From the NCBI GenBank assembly GCA_043812795.1, contig JBDRLU010000038.1, positions 2,129-66,128 on the forward strand: DNA of 64,000 nt, given 5' to 3'. Within the stretch, counting starts at the first letter, position 1. Every line of letters begins with the position of its first letter. Shown here one piece after another: positions 1-9,395 of the stretch. The stretch is from Chloroflexota bacterium. GTDB taxonomy: Bacteria > Chloroflexota > Dehalococcoidia > Dehalococcoidales > UBA2162. The notes under the pieces were generated by a model, which was not told where the DNA came from, searched no databases, and saw only the letters and a list, made by a program, of their open reading frames with translations. The translations under genes were made by a program, and so were the position numbers.

Positions 1-802
1 GTACCAGTACGCAGTCCAGCGCGTTACACACCGTCGGGCGCTGTACCTTGGCATTATAGACAATAGCTACCGCCTGGGTAATATCAGCCGTCTTATCGAT
101 ATAAGTATGGCAGACACCGACGCCCCCGGTAACTACCGGCATACAGGCCTTTTCGGCGACGAATTTGATCAGTCCGGCATTACCCCGGGGGACAAGCAGG
201 TCGATGACACCTCGCATCTGAAGCATGTGATTGACGAGCGTGTGGTCGGTATTTTCAATGAACTGGACGGCCCCTTCCGGCACGCCCGCAGCCGTGACCG
301 CCGCCTGAACTACGCCAGCCAGAGCGCTATTCGAGTGGACGGCCTCTTTACCGCCACGCAGAATGACTGCATTACCTGCCTTAAGACAGAGCACGGAAAT
401 ATCAATCGTCACGTTGGGACGGCTTTCATAGATAGTCCCGATAACGCCTAAAGGCACCCGTCTTTTTCCGATTAACAGGCCGTTGGGTAACGTGCGCATA
501 TCGAACATCTCACCTACGGGGTCGGGCAGAGCGGCAACCGTCATCACATCCCGGGCCATACTTTCCAGACGGCTTGGGTTCAACATCAGGCGGTAGAGCA
601 GGGCCGCATTCAGGCCGGCCTTCTCACCTGCTTTGTAATCGATTTTATTGGCCGCCAGTATCTTTTCCTTTTTGGCTACCAAGTCGCGAGCTATGTTGGC
701 CAAAGCTTTGTTCTTGACCTCGGTAGCAAGGTAAGCCATCTTCCGGGAGGCGGCTTTAGCCGCTTTCCCTTTAGCTTCCAGTTCGGCAACGGCTGTTTTC
801 AT
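1..802 (-). CDS. proA: Gamma-glutamyl phosphate reductase (5' part; runs off window edge)
   Basis: Not in the ORF track. Manual translation from ATG at 802: MKTAVAELEAKGKAAKAASRKMAYL...RRVPLGVIGTIYESRPNVTID...LRGGKEA...GVCHTYID...NAKVQRPTVCNALD. SD-like AGAGGTGAG upstream. Confidence 0.95.
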   Translation of the reverse strand, partial: MKTAVAELEAKGKAAKAASRKMAYLATEVKNKALANIARDLVAKKEKILAANKIDYKAGEKAGLNAALLYRLMLNPSRLESMARDVMTVAALPDPVGEMFDMRTLPNGLLIGKRRVPLGVIGTIYESRPNVTIDISVLCLKAGNAVILRGGKEAVHSNSALAGVVQAAVTAAGVPEGAVQFIENTDHTLVNHMLQMRGVIDLLVPRGNAGLIKFVAEKACMPVVTGGVGVCHTYIDKTADITQAVAIVYNAKVQRPTVCNALDCVLV

Positions 803-821
803 ACTCACCTCTCTATGTAAA

Positions 822-1604
822 CTACTTCCCTTTCCATACCGGCGGCCTCTTTTCGATAAAAGCGCGCCGCCCTTCTTTCGAGTCTTCCAGTGGGTACAGA
901 GTAGCGCTGATTATCTCCCCCATATCCGCCAGCGACGATTTATATTCCACACCGGGCGCCCGATAAAAAGCATCGCGAAGAGATTTAATTATTACCGGCG
1001 ACTTACCGGCAAGTTTTTGGGCTAACTGGGAAACCTCCGCCTCCTGTTTATCGTGCGGGGCGACCCGGTTCACAATGCCCAGTCGCTCAGCTTCCGCTGC
1101 CGAGAGCACCTTACTGGTAAAGATTATTTCGAAAGCTTTGAGCCGGTTGGTAATCCGGGGGAGTAGAGTAAGATGCACCGCCGGATTGGCACCGACATCA
1201 ATCTCACCATAGCCGAAACGCGCTTTCTCCGAGGCAATGACCATATCGCACCGGCTCATCAGGCCGCAACCGCCGCCCATACAGAGGCCATTGACCGCAG
1301 CGATAACCGGTTTGCCCAGTCCGTGCAGTATGTTAGTCAGGTCGGCGTACCATATTTCGCTAAAATGGTCGAGCTCCTGCGGTGTCGCCTCACTGGCAAA
1401 CTTGAGGTCCATGCCGGCACAAAAAGCCTCATCAGCACCGGTAATGACGACCACTCTGACCTCGTCATCGAGCTTGGCCTGCTTCAAGGCCGAGTTTATC
1501 TCGGTGACCATCTGGATATTAAGGGCGTTACGTACCTCGGGCCGGTTAAGAATAATCTTAGCTACGAAACCACTCTTTTCATAAATAATTGCACTGAACC
1601 CCAT
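822..1604 (-). CDS. Enoyl-CoA hydratase/isomerase (crotonase) family protein
   Basis: LNRPEVRNAL, AFCAGMDL, KPVIAAVNG-CMGGG, C-terminal EGRRAFIEKRPPVWKG. Confidence 0.92.
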   Translation of the reverse strand: MGFSAIIYEKSGFVAKIILNRPEVRNALNIQMVTEINSALKQAKLDDEVRVVVITGADEAFCAGMDLKFASEATPQELDHFSEIWYADLTNILHGLGKPVIAAVNGLCMGGGCGLMSRCDMVIASEKARFGYGEIDVGANPAVHLTLLPRITNRLKAFEIIFTSKVLSAAEAERLGIVNRVAPHDKQEAEVSQLAQKLAGKSPVIIKSLRDAFYRAPGVEYKSSLADMGEIISATLYPLEDSKEGRRAFIEKRPPVWKGK

Positions 1605-1813
1605 ACTATTTCCTTTTCAACCTTGTTTCTTTTTCCCGGAATTTCAACCCGGCTTCCCGAACAGGCTAATACCTTGATGCAGCCATACTACAACCCTGCC
1701 TTGAAGATAGTCAAGGAGATAGATAGAGACATTTCAGGTAAATAGGACCCAGCAAAAGTCCCATTGACGAAATACCCTTACTTACGGTATCATTATGCCT
1801 TGTTTGTGTGCCG

Positions 1814-3724
1814 ATGAATTACGTAGTTTTAGTCAAGCAAGTACCCGATATTAAAAAGATTCCCAATGAAGCCTGGGACTGGGAAAAGGGCATCCTCAAG
1901 AGGGCTCTACTCGATAACGTTCTTAACGAGCTGGACAAGCAAGCCCTGGCTTTTGCTCTCAAGCTGAAGGAGAATCTCCCCGGTAAGGTCGTCTGTCTGA
2001 CCATGGGCCCGCCCTTCGCCGACGAGGTCTTACGTTACTCCATGGCGGTCGGGGCTGACCTCGGAGTGCTATTGACCGATAGAAAGCTGGGCGGTGCCGA
2101 TACGGCCGCCACGGCTTATCCCCTGGGCCAGGCCATCCGAAGAATCGAAAAGGAAATCTTCAACGGCGACCGTAACTATATGGTAGTCAGCGGCATGCAG
2201 TCCGTCGATGGCGATACCGCCCAGGTACCGCCGCAGATTGCCGAAGAACTTGGTATCGCTCATATCGCTTATGCTACTTCTTTTGATCTGGACAACGGCA
2301 ACCTGAAAATCAGCCGGATAACGAGATTAGGCACCGAAGTCCTGATGCCGACGCAATATCCCTGCATGGTCACCGTGACGAACTGGACGCTGCCCTTGAA
2401 TACTTCCTTCGTACGGACACGGTGGGCGGCCCAACAGAAGCTCTACCAATGGAGCGCGGCCGATGTTGGCTGCGAAGACTCACGTGTCGGTCTGGCCGGC
2501 TCGCGGACGACGGTATTCCGTATTTTCTCGCCGCGAGAAGTAAGCACGCGGGGCTGTGCTCTGGAGACCGACCCGGTGAAACTGGTGAAGCTGCTTAAAG
2601 AAGCTTATGCCACTAAGCTGGCCACGGCCGGAGAGAAGGAGAAAGGGCCGTCATATCAGGTACCGGAAGGGAAGACCCCGGCCTACCATGGCGACCTGTG
2701 GGTCTATGCCGAGCAGGAAGGCGGCGAAATTAATCCGGCTACCTTCGAGCTACTGGGTAAGGTCACCGAGCTGGCCGGCCAGTTGAAAGAGAAAGTCGGG
2801 GTGGTGCTGGTCGGCAAAGGCGTCAAGCCCCTGGCTAAGCAGTTAATCGCCTATGGTGCCGATAAAGTCTATCTGTCCGACCATGAATCACTGAAAGATT
2901 TTCTGCCCGTCCCTTACACCCGGGTAGCGGCCGAATTAATCGAGAAATATAAACCGCAGATGATGTTGTTCAGCGCCACGCCGCTCGGCCGGGAACTGGC
3001 GCCGCGGGTGGCCTACCGCTCGGGCTCCGGTTTGACGGCCGATTGCACCGGGCTGGATATTATGGATTTCAAGCGGGGCAGCCTGGAAATGATTGCCGTG
3101 TTAAGGCAAACACGGCCAGCCCTCGGCGGCAATATTATGGCGTCGATTATTACTCAAAATGCTAAAGTACAGATGTCAACAGCCCGGCCGGGCGTAATGC
3201 GGGCTTTAGCTCCGGACTCTCAGCGACAGGGGGAGACTATCGAGTATGTGCCCGCGATAACCGCCGCCGATGCCGGGGTAAAGATAATCTCTGCCGAAGT
3301 CCGCCCGCCCACTTCAGAAATAGGGGAAGCCGTCTTAATCGTTTGCGGTGGTGCCGGCTGCAAGACCAAAGAGGGCTTCGATAAATACGTCCGCCCGCTG
3401 GCGGACAGTCTGAGCAAGTCGATGGGCGAAGAAGCAATGGTCGGCGCGTCACGCGTGGCCGTCGAGTCCGGTTTTATCGACCGCAGCCACCAGATTGGAC
3501 AGACCGGCCAGACGGTAAAGCCCAAGATATATGTCGGCGTCGGTATTTCGGGCGCGGTGCAGCACCTGACCGGTATGCAGAACTCGGATATTATCGTGGC
3601 CATCAACAAAGACCCGAATGCCCGCATCTTCCGGGCCTGTGATTTCGGAGTCGTCGGCAATATCGAAGAAGTCGTCCCCGAACTGATTAAAGCGCTGAAT
3701 TCATCCGGAGCAGACCGTGGCTGA
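1814..3724 (+). CDS. Fused electron-transfer flavoprotein beta+alpha subunit (EtfBA/FixAB-like)
   Basis: N-half: VVLVKQVPD, TMGPP, GADTAATAY, DGDTAQV (beta). C-half: GLTADCT, RPALGGNI, QIGQTG, GISGAVQH, AINKD (alpha). Start moved to ATG 1814; TTGACG-18-TATCAT upstream. Confidence 0.93.
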   Translation: MNYVVLVKQVPDIKKIPNEAWDWEKGILKRALLDNVLNELDKQALAFALKLKENLPGKVVCLTMGPPFADEVLRYSMAVGADLGVLLTDRKLGGADTAATAYPLGQAIRRIEKEIFNGDRNYMVVSGMQSVDGDTAQVPPQIAEELGIAHIAYATSFDLDNGNLKISRITRLGTEVLMPTQYPCMVTVTNWTLPLNTSFVRTRWAAQQKLYQWSAADVGCEDSRVGLAGSRTTVFRIFSPREVSTRGCALETDPVKLVKLLKEAYATKLATAGEKEKGPSYQVPEGKTPAYHGDLWVYAEQEGGEINPATFELLGKVTELAGQLKEKVGVVLVGKGVKPLAKQLIAYGADKVYLSDHESLKDFLPVPYTRVAAELIEKYKPQMMLFSATPLGRELAPRVAYRSGSGLTADCTGLDIMDFKRGSLEMIAVLRQTRPALGGNIMASIITQNAKVQMSTARPGVMRALAPDSQRQGETIEYVPAITAADAGVKIISAEVRPPTSEIGEAVLIVCGGAGCKTKEGFDKYVRPLADSLSKSMGEEAMVGASRVAVESGFIDRSHQIGQTGQTVKPKIYVGVGISGAVQHLTGMQNSDIIVAINKDPNARIFRACDFGVVGNIEEVVPELIKALNSSGADRG

Positions 3725-5324
3725 TTTGAACGAAATTGATGCCCTTTTCGTCGGCGCCGGGCCGGCCAGCCTGGCCGGGGCCATCAAGCTGAAACAGCTC
3801 CTCAACCAGAAAGGGAAGACGGCATCAGTGGTCGTCATCGAAAAGGCGGAGCGGCTCGGCCAGCATAACCTGTCGGGGGCTGTTTTCGAGGCCGAGGTGC
3901 TCGATGAACTGGTGCCCGGCTGGCGGGAAAAGAAAGACGAGTTCGTCACCAGGACTTTAGCCAATATCGTCAAACAAGACGAGGTCCTTCTCCTTGCCGG
4001 CGAGACCATGGTGAAGAAAATCCCCGAAGGTCTGATTCCATCCTATCTCCATCACAAAGGAAATTATGTCGTTTCCCTCAGCGAAATGGTCAACTGGCTG
4101 GCGGGCATTGCCCGCGGTCTGGGCGTCGAAATATATACCGGCTTTGCGGCGAAAGAGTTGCTTACCGAGGGCAATGCGGTCAAAGGCGTCAAGCTGGGTG
4201 ACAAAGGTCTGGACAAGGAGAGAAAGCCGCAATCGAACTACCTGCCCGGCGATGTTTTGTCGGCAAAAGTGACCGTTTTGGGCGAGGGCTCGCTGGGGCA
4301 ACTGGCCGAGGAGATGGGGCGGCGGCTCAATCTCAGGCAGGGCCGAAATCCACAAATCCATTCCCTCGGCGTGAAAGAGATTATCCGGCTGCCGGAAAAG
4401 AACAATTTCGGGGCGAACCATGTCGTTCATACCCTTGGCTTTCCCAATAAAGCCGATGTCTTCGGTGGCGGCACGCTCTATAGCATGGGAAACAACCAGG
4501 TGGCAGTAGCTCTTATTATGGCCCTCGACTGGAAATATTGCGACCTTAATCCCCAGCACGAGCTTCAGATTTTCAAATCGCACCGTCTTATCCAGAAGCT
4601 GCTCGAAGGCGGCGAAGTGGTCGCCTACGGGGCCAAGACGCTCCCTGAAGGCGGCTACTATTCGCGGCCGGAACTGGTGGCCGACGGTGCCTTGATTATC
4701 GGCGATGATGCCGGCCTGACCAATGTGAGAAAGCTAAAAGGACTCCACTATGCCATCAAGTCGGGCATGCTCGCCGGGGAGGCTATCGCCCAGGCAATCG
4801 AGAAGGGCGACTTCGCCAAGTCCACGCTGAATACTTACGAGGACCTGCTGGTGAACAGCTTTATTGAGCGGGACCTGCATGCCGCACGTAATTACCGCCA
4901 GGTCTTTCATGCCGGCCTCTATATGGGCCTACCCCTTTCGCTGGTCCAAAAGGCAGTCCCGGGGGCGCTGGGGACTGAACCCAATTATAAAGGGATGAGA
5001 AGGGCGCAACTCAATCGTAAGTACAACGGCGGCCTCGACCGCCCGACGGACGTCAGCTTTTCCGGCACCATCCACCGTGAAGACGAGCCGGCGCATATTA
5101 CCCTGACCGACCTGCGGCAATGCGAGCCATGCAAAGAAAAATTCGGCTGCCATCCCTGCCAGTCCTTCTGCCCGGGTGAAGTCTATAGCTTTGAAGAAGA
5201 TAAGCTGATTTTAAGTCCGTCCAACTGCGTGCACTGCCAGACCTGCCGTGTCAAGTGCCCCATGCAGGTGATAAAGTGGGAAGTTCCCGAAGGCGGCGAC
5301 GGCCCCCGCTACAAGATAATGTAG
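3717..5324 (+). CDS. ETF:quinone oxidoreductase (FixC+FixX-like, FAD plus C-terminal Fe-S)
   Basis: GAGPASLAGAIKLKQ, EKAERLGQHNLSGA, KGLHYAIKSGMLA, C-terminal CPGEVY...NCVHCQTC...CP...WEVPEGGDGPRY. Overlaps etf stop by 8 nt. Confidence 0.92.
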   Translation: MADLNEIDALFVGAGPASLAGAIKLKQLLNQKGKTASVVVIEKAERLGQHNLSGAVFEAEVLDELVPGWREKKDEFVTRTLANIVKQDEVLLLAGETMVKKIPEGLIPSYLHHKGNYVVSLSEMVNWLAGIARGLGVEIYTGFAAKELLTEGNAVKGVKLGDKGLDKERKPQSNYLPGDVLSAKVTVLGEGSLGQLAEEMGRRLNLRQGRNPQIHSLGVKEIIRLPEKNNFGANHVVHTLGFPNKADVFGGGTLYSMGNNQVAVALIMALDWKYCDLNPQHELQIFKSHRLIQKLLEGGEVVAYGAKTLPEGGYYSRPELVADGALIIGDDAGLTNVRKLKGLHYAIKSGMLAGEAIAQAIEKGDFAKSTLNTYEDLLVNSFIERDLHAARNYRQVFHAGLYMGLPLSLVQKAVPGALGTEPNYKGMRRAQLNRKYNGGLDRPTDVSFSGTIHREDEPAHITLTDLRQCEPCKEKFGCHPCQSFCPGEVYSFEEDKLILSPSNCVHCQTCRVKCPMQVIKWEVPEGGDGPRYKIM

Positions 5325-5337
5325 TTTTAAATGGAAA

Positions 5338-5570
5338 CCCTATCCCCTTAATCCCTTCAGAGTGAACCCTTCAGGTTGAAGGCGAAGCCCTCTTCTCACA
5401 ACTCCTTCCACTTGTCATTCTGGCGAAGGCCAGAATCCAGCAGTAGATGTTCGTACGTTTAGCATCTTATTCTCCGTTCGCCCTGAGCTTGTCGAAGGGC
5501 AATTCGTGGTTCGACAGGCTCACCACGAACGGTTAAAATGCAAACTCCTCTCCCGCAAGAGGCGAGGAGA
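5338..5570. repeat. Composite cluster of palindromic intergenic repeats
   Basis: CCCTATCCCCTTAATCCC-type unit (5338-5405), TGTCATTCTGGCGAAGGCCAGAATCC hairpin (5413-5438), CCGTTCGCCCTGAGCTTGTCGAAGGG...TTCGACAGGCTCACCACGAACGG inverted doublet (5474-5532), CTCCTCTCCCGCAAGAGGCGAGGAG (about 5545-5570). Confidence 0.85.
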
Positions 5571-5646
5571 TATTTAACGTGCTTTTCCACCTTCATCTAA
5601 AATGATTGTTTTTAACGCCTAGCCGTTTTATAATGAACGTGCGGCT

Positions 5647-6372
5647 ATGGATAAAGACTATATTCTTAAAGAAATCGACCGAACAGCTAAGGAGAATGGC
5701 GGCAAACCCTTAGGTCGAGGTAAATTTGCCAAGGAAACAGGCATAAAAGTCCAGGATTGGTGGGGCAAGTATTGGTCTAAATGGAACGATGCCGTGATTG
5801 AGGCTGGATATTCACCTAACAAAATGCAAGCTGCTCTTAACTCAAGTGTAATGTTAGAGCAAATAATTTCACTCATCAGAGAGATAGGAAAATTTCCTAC
5901 CGTTGGTGAATATCGATTGAAAGCTTACAATACAAAGGGCTTCCCTGCACATAATACAATCAGAGAGCGATTAGGAAAACAGTCCGAAGTGGCTTCAAAA
6001 ATAATTAGCTATTGTGAAGCCCATCCTGAATGCTCTGACATTCTTGAAATATGCAAGAACGTTACCGGCATTTACAGGAATGAATCTTCGCATTATAAAA
6101 AGGAACCTGATGTAGAGCATGGCTACGTATATTTAATGAAATCTGGGCGGTTTTATAAGATTGGCTGCAGTAGTAACGTCGAAAGGCGCAATTATGACAT
6201 CGGATTAAAATTACCCGAACCTATAGACATACTACACAAAATTACGACTGATGACCCGACTGGCATAGAGAACTACTGGCATATCAGGTTCAAGGATAAA
6301 AGAAAACAGGGAGAATGGTTCGACCTGTCTCGAGAAGACGTATCAGCTTTTAAGAGAAGGAAACTCATGTGA
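5647..6372 (+). CDS. GIY-YIG (T5orf172/MUG113-like) nuclease with N-terminal homing-endonuclease-associated repeats
   Basis: C-terminal GYVYLMK-GRFYKIG-S...ERR...IENYWHIRFKDKRKQGEWFDL; N-terminal helical repeats (WSKWNDAVIEAG; GKFPT...IRERLG). Visibly AT-richer than neighbours. Confidence 0.8.
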   Translation: MDKDYILKEIDRTAKENGGKPLGRGKFAKETGIKVQDWWGKYWSKWNDAVIEAGYSPNKMQAALNSSVMLEQIISLIREIGKFPTVGEYRLKAYNTKGFPAHNTIRERLGKQSEVASKIISYCEAHPECSDILEICKNVTGIYRNESSHYKKEPDVEHGYVYLMKSGRFYKIGCSSNVERRNYDIGLKLPEPIDILHKITTDDPTGIENYWHIRFKDKRKQGEWFDLSREDVSAFKRRKLM

Positions 6373-6395
6373 GGTCTATTCTCAGATGGGTTCGT

Positions 6396-7175
6396 TCACG
6401 CTTCGTCCAATGCCTCTCTTAGCTCTCCTATGAATTTGCCCACCGCCGGTGAGAAATTAGTTTCCGCTTTCATAAGCTGGATAAGGCGGCTGCCCACAAT
6501 CACTCCGTCGGCCAGGCGGGCTATTTGTTTGGCCTGCTCCGGCGTTGAGATGCCGAAGCCGACGCAAAGCGGCTGGGTGGCTACCTTTCTGACCTTAGCG
6601 ATGAAAGCCGCCAAATCGGCGGATAAGGCTTTTCTCGCTCCGGTGACGCCGGTGAGCGAAACAAGATAGATGAAGCCACGGGAATGCCCGGCTACCATTT
6701 TGATACGCTCGTCGGTACTATTCGGTGCCAGCAGGTAAATGAGGTCGAGGTTTTCCTTACGGCTGATTGTCTCCAGTTCGGTGCCTTCCTCGGGGGGGAG
6801 GTCGGGGATAATCAGGCCGTCGATGCCGGACTGGGCGGCGGCCTGACTGAATTTCTCCAGCCCGTAGTTCATCACCGGATTGAAATAGGTCATAAAAATG
6901 AGGGGAATTTTGACCTTCTCTCGCAACTGCCGGGCAACATCGAGGCAACGCTGCGGCGTGACGCCGTTTTGCAGCGCCTGAAAGCTGGCGTTCTGGATAG
7001 TAACGCCATCGGCCAGCGGGTCGGAAAAGGGGATACCCAGCTCGACGATATCGCAGCCGTGTTCGGCTAGCAGCGGGACGACCTCTAAAGTGGCTTCGAT
7101 GCTGGGATAGCCGACGGTAACGTAGGTGATGAGGGCTTTGTGGCCCGGCCGGAAAGCTCCGGCGATACGGCTCAC
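6396..7175 (-). CDS. trpA: Tryptophan synthase alpha chain
   Basis: [48 protein letters not shown]. Confidence 0.98.
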   Translation of the reverse strand: MSRIAGAFRPGHKALITYVTVGYPSIEATLEVVPLLAEHGCDIVELGIPFSDPLADGVTIQNASFQALQNGVTPQRCLDVARQLREKVKIPLIFMTYFNPVMNYGLEKFSQAAAQSGIDGLIIPDLPPEEGTELETISRKENLDLIYLLAPNSTDERIKMVAGHSRGFIYLVSLTGVTGARKALSADLAAFIAKVRKVATQPLCVGFGISTPEQAKQIARLADGVIVGSRLIQLMKAETNFSPAVGKFIGELREALDEA

Positions 7176-8359
7176 AGTTGAACTCCCAGCGCTTCAGCGA
7201 CGATATTCATGTCTTTGTCGCCCCGGCCGGATAAATTGACCACGATAATCTGTTCCTTGGGCAGAGAGCCAGCCAGCTTGGCAGCATGATAGATGGCATG
7301 GGACGATTCCAGGGCGGGGGTAATGCCTTCGAGTTTACACAATAGCTGAAAACCCTCCAGGGCTTCGGCATCGGTGACGGCCACGTAAGTGGCCCGGCCG
7401 CTGTCTTTCAGATAGCTGTGCTCCGGCCCGACGCCCGGATAGTCCAATCCGGCGGAAATGCTGTGCGTCTCGCTAATCTGCCCGGCGCCATTTTGCATGA
7501 CGTAGGATTTGGCTCCATGAAGTACACCTTTGGTGCCGGACATCAAGGTCGCGGCGTGTTCACCGGTATCAATACCCCGCCCGGCGGCTTCCACCCCGAT
7601 TAGCTGTACATTTTTATCATCCAGGAAAGGATAGAAAATGCCGATGGAGTTGCTGCCGCCGCCGACGCAAGCGACGATATAGTCGGGGAGACGACCGGCC
7701 TGTTCCATGATTTGCTGCTTCGTTTCTTTCCCAATGACCGACTGAAAATCACGCACCATCGTCGGGTAAGGATGCGGCCCGACCACCGAGCCAAGTAGGT
7801 AGTAGGTATCACGGGCATTGGTCACCCAGTCCCGGATGGCCTCGTTAATGGCGTCCTTCAGCGTCCGGCTGCCGCTGGTGACTGTCCTCACTTCAGCGCC
7901 CATCAGCTTCATGCGGAAGACATTCAACGACTGGCGCACGACGTCCACTTCCCCCATATAGACGATACATTTCAGGCCGAGCATGGCACAGACGGCGGCG
8001 GTGGCGACGCCGTGTTGCCCGGCCCCGGTCTCGGCGATGATTCTCTGCTTACCCATTTTCAGGGCAAGGAGGCCCTGTCCCAGAGCGTTGTTAATCTTAT
8101 GAGCGCCGGTGTGGGCCAGATCCTCACGCTTGAGGAAAATCTGCGCCCCACCGCAGTGCTGGGTAAGCCGGCGGGCCAGATAGAGCGGGGTCGGCCTGCC
8201 CGAATAGTGGCGGGAAAGCCGGGCGAACAGAGTCCAGAAGCCATCATCAGCTTTTGCCTCTGCATAGGCTTGCGTCAGTTCATCGAGGACGGGTATCAGA
8301 GTCTCCGGGACGAACCGTCCTCCGTAGTCGCCAAAATAACCTCGATTATCCGGTTGCAA
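7172..8359 (-). CDS. trpB: Tryptophan synthase beta chain
   Basis: [53 protein letters not shown]. Confidence 0.99.
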   Translation of the reverse strand: MQPDNRGYFGDYGGRFVPETLIPVLDELTQAYAEAKADDGFWTLFARLSRHYSGRPTPLYLARRLTQHCGGAQIFLKREDLAHTGAHKINNALGQGLLALKMGKQRIIAETGAGQHGVATAAVCAMLGLKCIVYMGEVDVVRQSLNVFRMKLMGAEVRTVTSGSRTLKDAINEAIRDWVTNARDTYYLLGSVVGPHPYPTMVRDFQSVIGKETKQQIMEQAGRLPDYIVACVGGGSNSIGIFYPFLDDKNVQLIGVEAAGRGIDTGEHAATLMSGTKGVLHGAKSYVMQNGAGQISETHSISAGLDYPGVGPEHSYLKDSGRATYVAVTDAEALEGFQLLCKLEGITPALESSHAIYHAAKLAGSLPKEQIIVVNLSGRGDKDMNIVAEALGVQL

Positions 8360-8399
8360 TCATTTCCTCCTCTTTAGGGAACCTATCCGACAACATTAC

Positions 8400-8482
8400 C
8401 GTCATTCTGAGCATAGCGAAGAATCTGTATTTATCTTAGGAGAAACGGATTCTTCAGTCGCTTCGCTCCTTTCAGAATGACA
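8400..8482. repeat. (C/T)GTC-type REP-like inverted doublet between trpC and trpB
   Basis: CGTCATTCTGAGCATAGCGAAGAATC ... GATTCTTCAGTCGCTTCGCTCCTTTCAGAATGACA. Confidence 0.85.
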
Positions 8483-8496
8483 TTGTCGAACTCCGG

Positions 8497-9273
8497 TCAA
8501 AATAACTCCTTCATCTTCATGGCAATGTCCGGTGCGGCCATCAGTGTCTCGCCGATAAGCACAGCGTTAGCACCCCATTTCTTTAATTTATCAATGTCGT
8601 TGCGGTCTTTGATGCCGCTTTCGCTGACCACCAACCTGTCCGCTGGAATAAGCGGGCGTAGACGTTGAGTGGTAGTAATATCCACCGTAAAAGTTTTGAG
8701 GTCGCGGTTATTGATACCGATAATCCCGGCATCACTCGCTAGGGCAATTTCAAGCTCGGCCTCATTATGCACCTCCACCAGGCAGCCCATCCCCAATTCA
8801 TGGCTTAACGTGAGCAAGTCTTTCAATTTTTCCGGCGTCAGTATGGCTACGATAAGCAGCACGGCGTCGGCGCCATAAGCGCGGGCTTCATATATTTGAT
8901 AAGGGTCGTGGATAAAATCTTTTCTCAATAGTGGCGGTCTTGGCTGCCCCAACGCCTCCTTGATGCTTTTCAGATAGTCGAGGTTGCCTTGGAAGTATTT
9001 AGCTTCGGTCAGGACCGAGATAGCCGCCGCCCCGTTCTGAGCGTAAATCCGGGCAATCTCCACCGGGTCGAAGTCGGCACGGATAACACCCGCCGAGGGC
9101 GAGGCCTTTTTCACCTCGGCGATGAGACGAATACCATCGCCACGCAGGGCAGAGGCAAAGTCGAGTGGCGGCGCTTGCTTCTCAGCTTGCCGACGTAATT
9201 CGGCCAGCGGCAGACTGCGCTTCCTGGCTTCAAGGTCGGCGAGATTATCCTGCACTATCCGGTCAAGAATCAT
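8497..9273 (-). CDS. trpC: Indole-3-glycerol phosphate synthase
   Basis: IAEVKKASPSAG, ISVLTE, LLRKDF, LVEVH, GINNRDL, VSESGI. True start is probably ATG 9273 (MILDRIV); the longer track start lies in a repeat. Confidence 0.97.
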   Translation of the reverse strand: MILDRIVQDNLADLEARKRSLPLAELRRQAEKQAPPLDFASALRGDGIRLIAEVKKASPSAGVIRADFDPVEIARIYAQNGAAAISVLTEAKYFQGNLDYLKSIKEALGQPRPPLLRKDFIHDPYQIYEARAYGADAVLLIVAILTPEKLKDLLTLSHELGMGCLVEVHNEAELEIALASDAGIIGINNRDLKTFTVDITTTQRLRPLIPADRLVVSESGIKDRNDIDKLKKWGANAVLIGETLMAAPDIAMKMKELF

Positions 9274-9306
9274 GGTTATTCTGTAAGGCCTTTCCTCAAA
9301 TATACC

Positions 9307-9386
9307 TGTCATTCTGAGCGTAGCGAAGAATCCGTCATAGTCGCTCCTAGAACGGATTCCTCGTCGTTTCACTCCTCAGAATGACA
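9307..9386. repeat. TGTC-type REP-like inverted doublet between trpD and trpC
   Basis: TGTCATTCTGAGCGTAGCGAAGAATCC ... GGATTCCTCGTCGTTTCACTCCTCAGAATGACA; same family as 8400-8482. Confidence 0.85.
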
Positions 9387-9395
9387 GAGTAAGCA

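Noticed and set aside
107-451. 114-aa plus-strand ORF
   Set aside because: Antisense shadow of proA, which occupies 1-802 on the minus strand
5338-5570. Possible CRISPR array
   Set aside because: Units are different palindromes, not identical direct repeats with regular spacers; no cas genes in the window
9274-9372. 33-aa N-terminal extension of TrpC in the ORF track
   Set aside because: It is translation through a REP doublet; the TrpC-like sequence starts at ATG 9273
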